Both the position numbers and the translations under genes were made by a program. The notes under the pieces were generated by a model, which was not told the origin of the DNA, made no database searches, and saw only the letters and a program-made list of their open reading frames with translations. Source: Neocallimastix sp. 'constans' (taxonomy: Eukaryota). Taken from it: 64,000 nt of DNA. Positions 61,321 to 64,000 of the stretch are shown one piece after another (within the stretch, counting starts at the first letter, position 1; every line of letters begins with the position of its first letter). The DNA is taken from NCBI GenBank assembly GCA_050613775.1, contig JBODTK010000013.1:620001-684000 (forward strand), read 5' to 3'.

Positions 61321-61627
61321 TACATAAATTTAAAAATTAAATGGCTATAAAATAAAAATATGTAAATTAAAATACATAATTTAATTAAATTTATAAAGGA
61401 ACTATCAATATTATGGCTTGATAATTTCAATATAAATAACTATTACATTAATTTTTTACTATTAACTATTATTTTTTTTAGTTAATTTTTTTATTTTTTT
61501 TTTTTTTTTAATTTTTTTATTTTTTTTTTTAAAAAAACAATTAATAATTAAAGAATTAAAATTTTTAAATTTCATGTTTTATATATAAAATTAAATTAAA
61601 ATTAAAAAAATTAAAAAAAAAAAAAAA

Positions 61628-62342
61628 ATGTTTGATAATGTAGTAATTAATCCGGAATGGTTAAAACATTGTAAAGATTATTGTCAGTCGAAACAACTGA
61701 ATGAACATGATATGGCTTTAGAAATATATAAAAATTTTATACATTCAGATTTAAAAGTTTCACTCTCCGAACCAAAACTACCTGATAATTCGTCTTCGTT
61801 AACCGTTCCAAGAATTGAAAAAATTTATTTACTTCAAATAATAGATATTGTAGAAATAGGGCTGTCATCACAGAGTGTATTACGAGAAGTTGAAGATTTA
61901 ATAAGTGAGAGAAAAACTAATCCTGGTAAACCAATAAATTTGAAAAAAGGAATGTTAAAGTTAACCCTTTCTGATGGTCAACGAATTATATATGCTGTTG
62001 AAAATTCACCAATTCAACATTTTCATTTAGAAATGCAACTTGGTGCAAAGTTATATGTTAAAAATGCAGAAGCTGTTAGAGGAGTGCTTTTATTAAATCC
62101 AAATAATGTTGAATTTTTAGGAGGATATATACCAAATTTCATCAGTGGTGATATACTAATTTATCTTCAATCCAAATTAAAGGACATATTGAAGTATATA
62201 TTTTTACTTTTATTTTTGAAGTTATATGTTTTAAATTAAAATAATAATTTTAATAATTCTTATAATTCTAATAATTTATACATATCTATATTCTATATAC
62301 TATATATATATAATATTTTTTACATAATTAAAAATTATTTTA

Positions 62343-62373
<31 letters not shown>

Positions 62374-62456
62374 GAAATGGAAATAAAAAAACAACTGTTA
62401 AAAGTATTCGAACAATTAATTTTAATACCGATAGTAAATTTAATACCAAACGCTAA
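61628..62456 (+). CDS. RMI1: RecQ-mediated genome instability protein 1 (N-terminal helical bundle + OB1); exons 61628-62193 and 62375-62456
   Basis: Motifs INPEWLKHC, FIHSDL, YLLQIIDIVEIG and GMLKLTLSDGQ...AVENSPI...LGAKLYVKN...RGVLLLNPNNVEFLGG, the RMI1/TDRD3-type OB fold. Short product of about 215 aa. Confidence 0.85.
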
Positions 62457-63000
62457 AAATGAAAGGCTTTTTTTCTTTAATTATATAAATAAATAATTGA
62501 AATAGATTTTATCAAATTGACCTCCAAAATAATATTAACTCATTTAAATATTTATAACCAAAAATAAATATATATTCAATATTACTATTTTAAAAAAATT
62601 CTAATTTTTAATTATAGAAATAATTTACAATTAGATTTTTTTTTATATATATATATAATTTTTAAAGTCATAATTCATATTTATTCAATAAACATATATT
62701 ATATAATAAGTACATCTTTATACAATTAAATTAAGTAAATATTCATATACTATCTTTTATTTAATGTTAAATTAAATTTTAAAAAAAAAAAAAATAAAAA
62801 TAAAAATTTAAATATACAAAATATAATAAATAGATAAATAAAAAACAAAAAAGTTTATATATATATATATATATATATTATATATTATTTTATATGGTTT
62901 ATATATGAAAATAAAGATTCTCTCTTAAACATAGTAGAAATTTATTTATAATTATTATAATTACCAATTATCAATTATTTTATTATATTTATTATATATA

Positions 63001-63045
<45 letters not shown>

Positions 63046-63277
63046 GAAATAACAATACATTATTTTCAAGCTATATTTGATTATTTAAAAATATTATAAT
63101 TTTTTTTTTACAATCATATAAATAACACTTATAAATAATTCGTATTATTATTATAGTTTAACTCATAGAATGAAGTAATTTTCCATATTAAAATAGAGTT
63201 TTTTTTTTTTTTTTTCTTCTTTTTTTTTCAACAATTCCTAATTTCATTAAAATTTGATATATATAAATAATTTTTTA

Positions 63278-63417
63278 CTAAGAACTCCCATAATCTACTT
63301 TCAGTCCAAGATTCAAGGTCTTGAATGAAAATTGAAACAAATTTTTTCATGGTTAAGACCCAAATATTACAGACCTTTTTGTATAGTCGTTCTACATTTT
63401 TCAAAACAAAAACTGAA
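63278..63417 (-). other. Exon-like or pseudogenic coding fragment of unknown identity
   Basis: Complex sequence bounded by tag| and |gtaaa on the minus strand, with an open frame SVFVLKNVERLYKKVCNIWVLTMKKFVSIFIQDLESWTESRLWEFL. No partner exons were confidently found. Confidence 0.3.
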
Positions 63418-63536
63418 CTATATATATATATTAAAAAAAAAAAAAAAAAATTTATAAAATTTATACAAAAATAAAAAAATTAAAAAAAAAAAAAAAAAAA
63501 AAATCGTCTCTATAGTATTCCTTCTTAAGAATATAT

Positions 63537-63573
<37 letters not shown>

Positions 63574-63603
63574 GTATTTATTTCATGCAGGAATTAAACC
63601 TAA

Positions 63604-63637
<34 letters not shown>

Positions 63638-63854
63638 AAAAAAAAATTCAATGTTTTGATATATAGTTTTAGTTGTAAAAAAAAAAAAAAAGATATTCTG
63701 AATAATATTTGAGTTTTTAACTTTTATGATTCTTTATTGATATCTAAAAAAAAAAATACTTTATCATATAATTATTAGTTAAAGAAAATGAAAATATTTT
63801 ACTAAAATGAAATTAATTTTTTTTTATAATAAAAATGTATAAGATTTTAAATAT

Positions 63855-63899
<45 letters not shown>

Positions 63900-64000
63900 A
63901 TATATATATATATATATATATTAAAAAATAAAAAAATAAAAAAAAAAAAAAAGGCACATGAGATGGAATCAATTCCTACATACAGGAATATAAAAAAGTA

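Overview
Extremely AT-rich, intron-dense eukaryotic DNA with long poly-A/T, (TA)n and (TAT)n tracts. The style suggests an anaerobic gut fungus (Neocallimastigomycota); this is inferred from composition and gene content, not proven. I reconstructed 11 protein-coding genes by hand from GT-AG junctions: an intronless F-box/LRR protein, Rap1 GTPase, a HAD-IG 5'-nucleotidase (NT5DC-like), SmD1, SRP14, an EI24/RRT8-like membrane protein, RAV1/DMXL (Rabconnectin-3 alpha), an ENTH protein (Ent3/epsinR), an uncharacterised coiled-coil protein, a full-length ZGRF1-like helicase (DUF2439 + UPF1-like SF1 domain) and RMI1. Most short ORFs in the supplied track are low-complexity artefacts or single exons. 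The most notable observations are: (i) ZGRF1 and RMI1 are head-to-head across 584 bp that contains a perfect GGTGGCAAA (PACE-like) motif; (ii) a 132-bp Mutator-type MITE with a perfect 9-bp target-site duplication; (iii) several GC-enriched decayed coding or TE relics, one with a perfect 15-bp hairpin; (iv) 3' splice sites preceded by poly-A rather than polypyrimidine tracts. No CRISPR array, rRNA or convincing tRNA was seen. I found no system I can call new on sequence alone.
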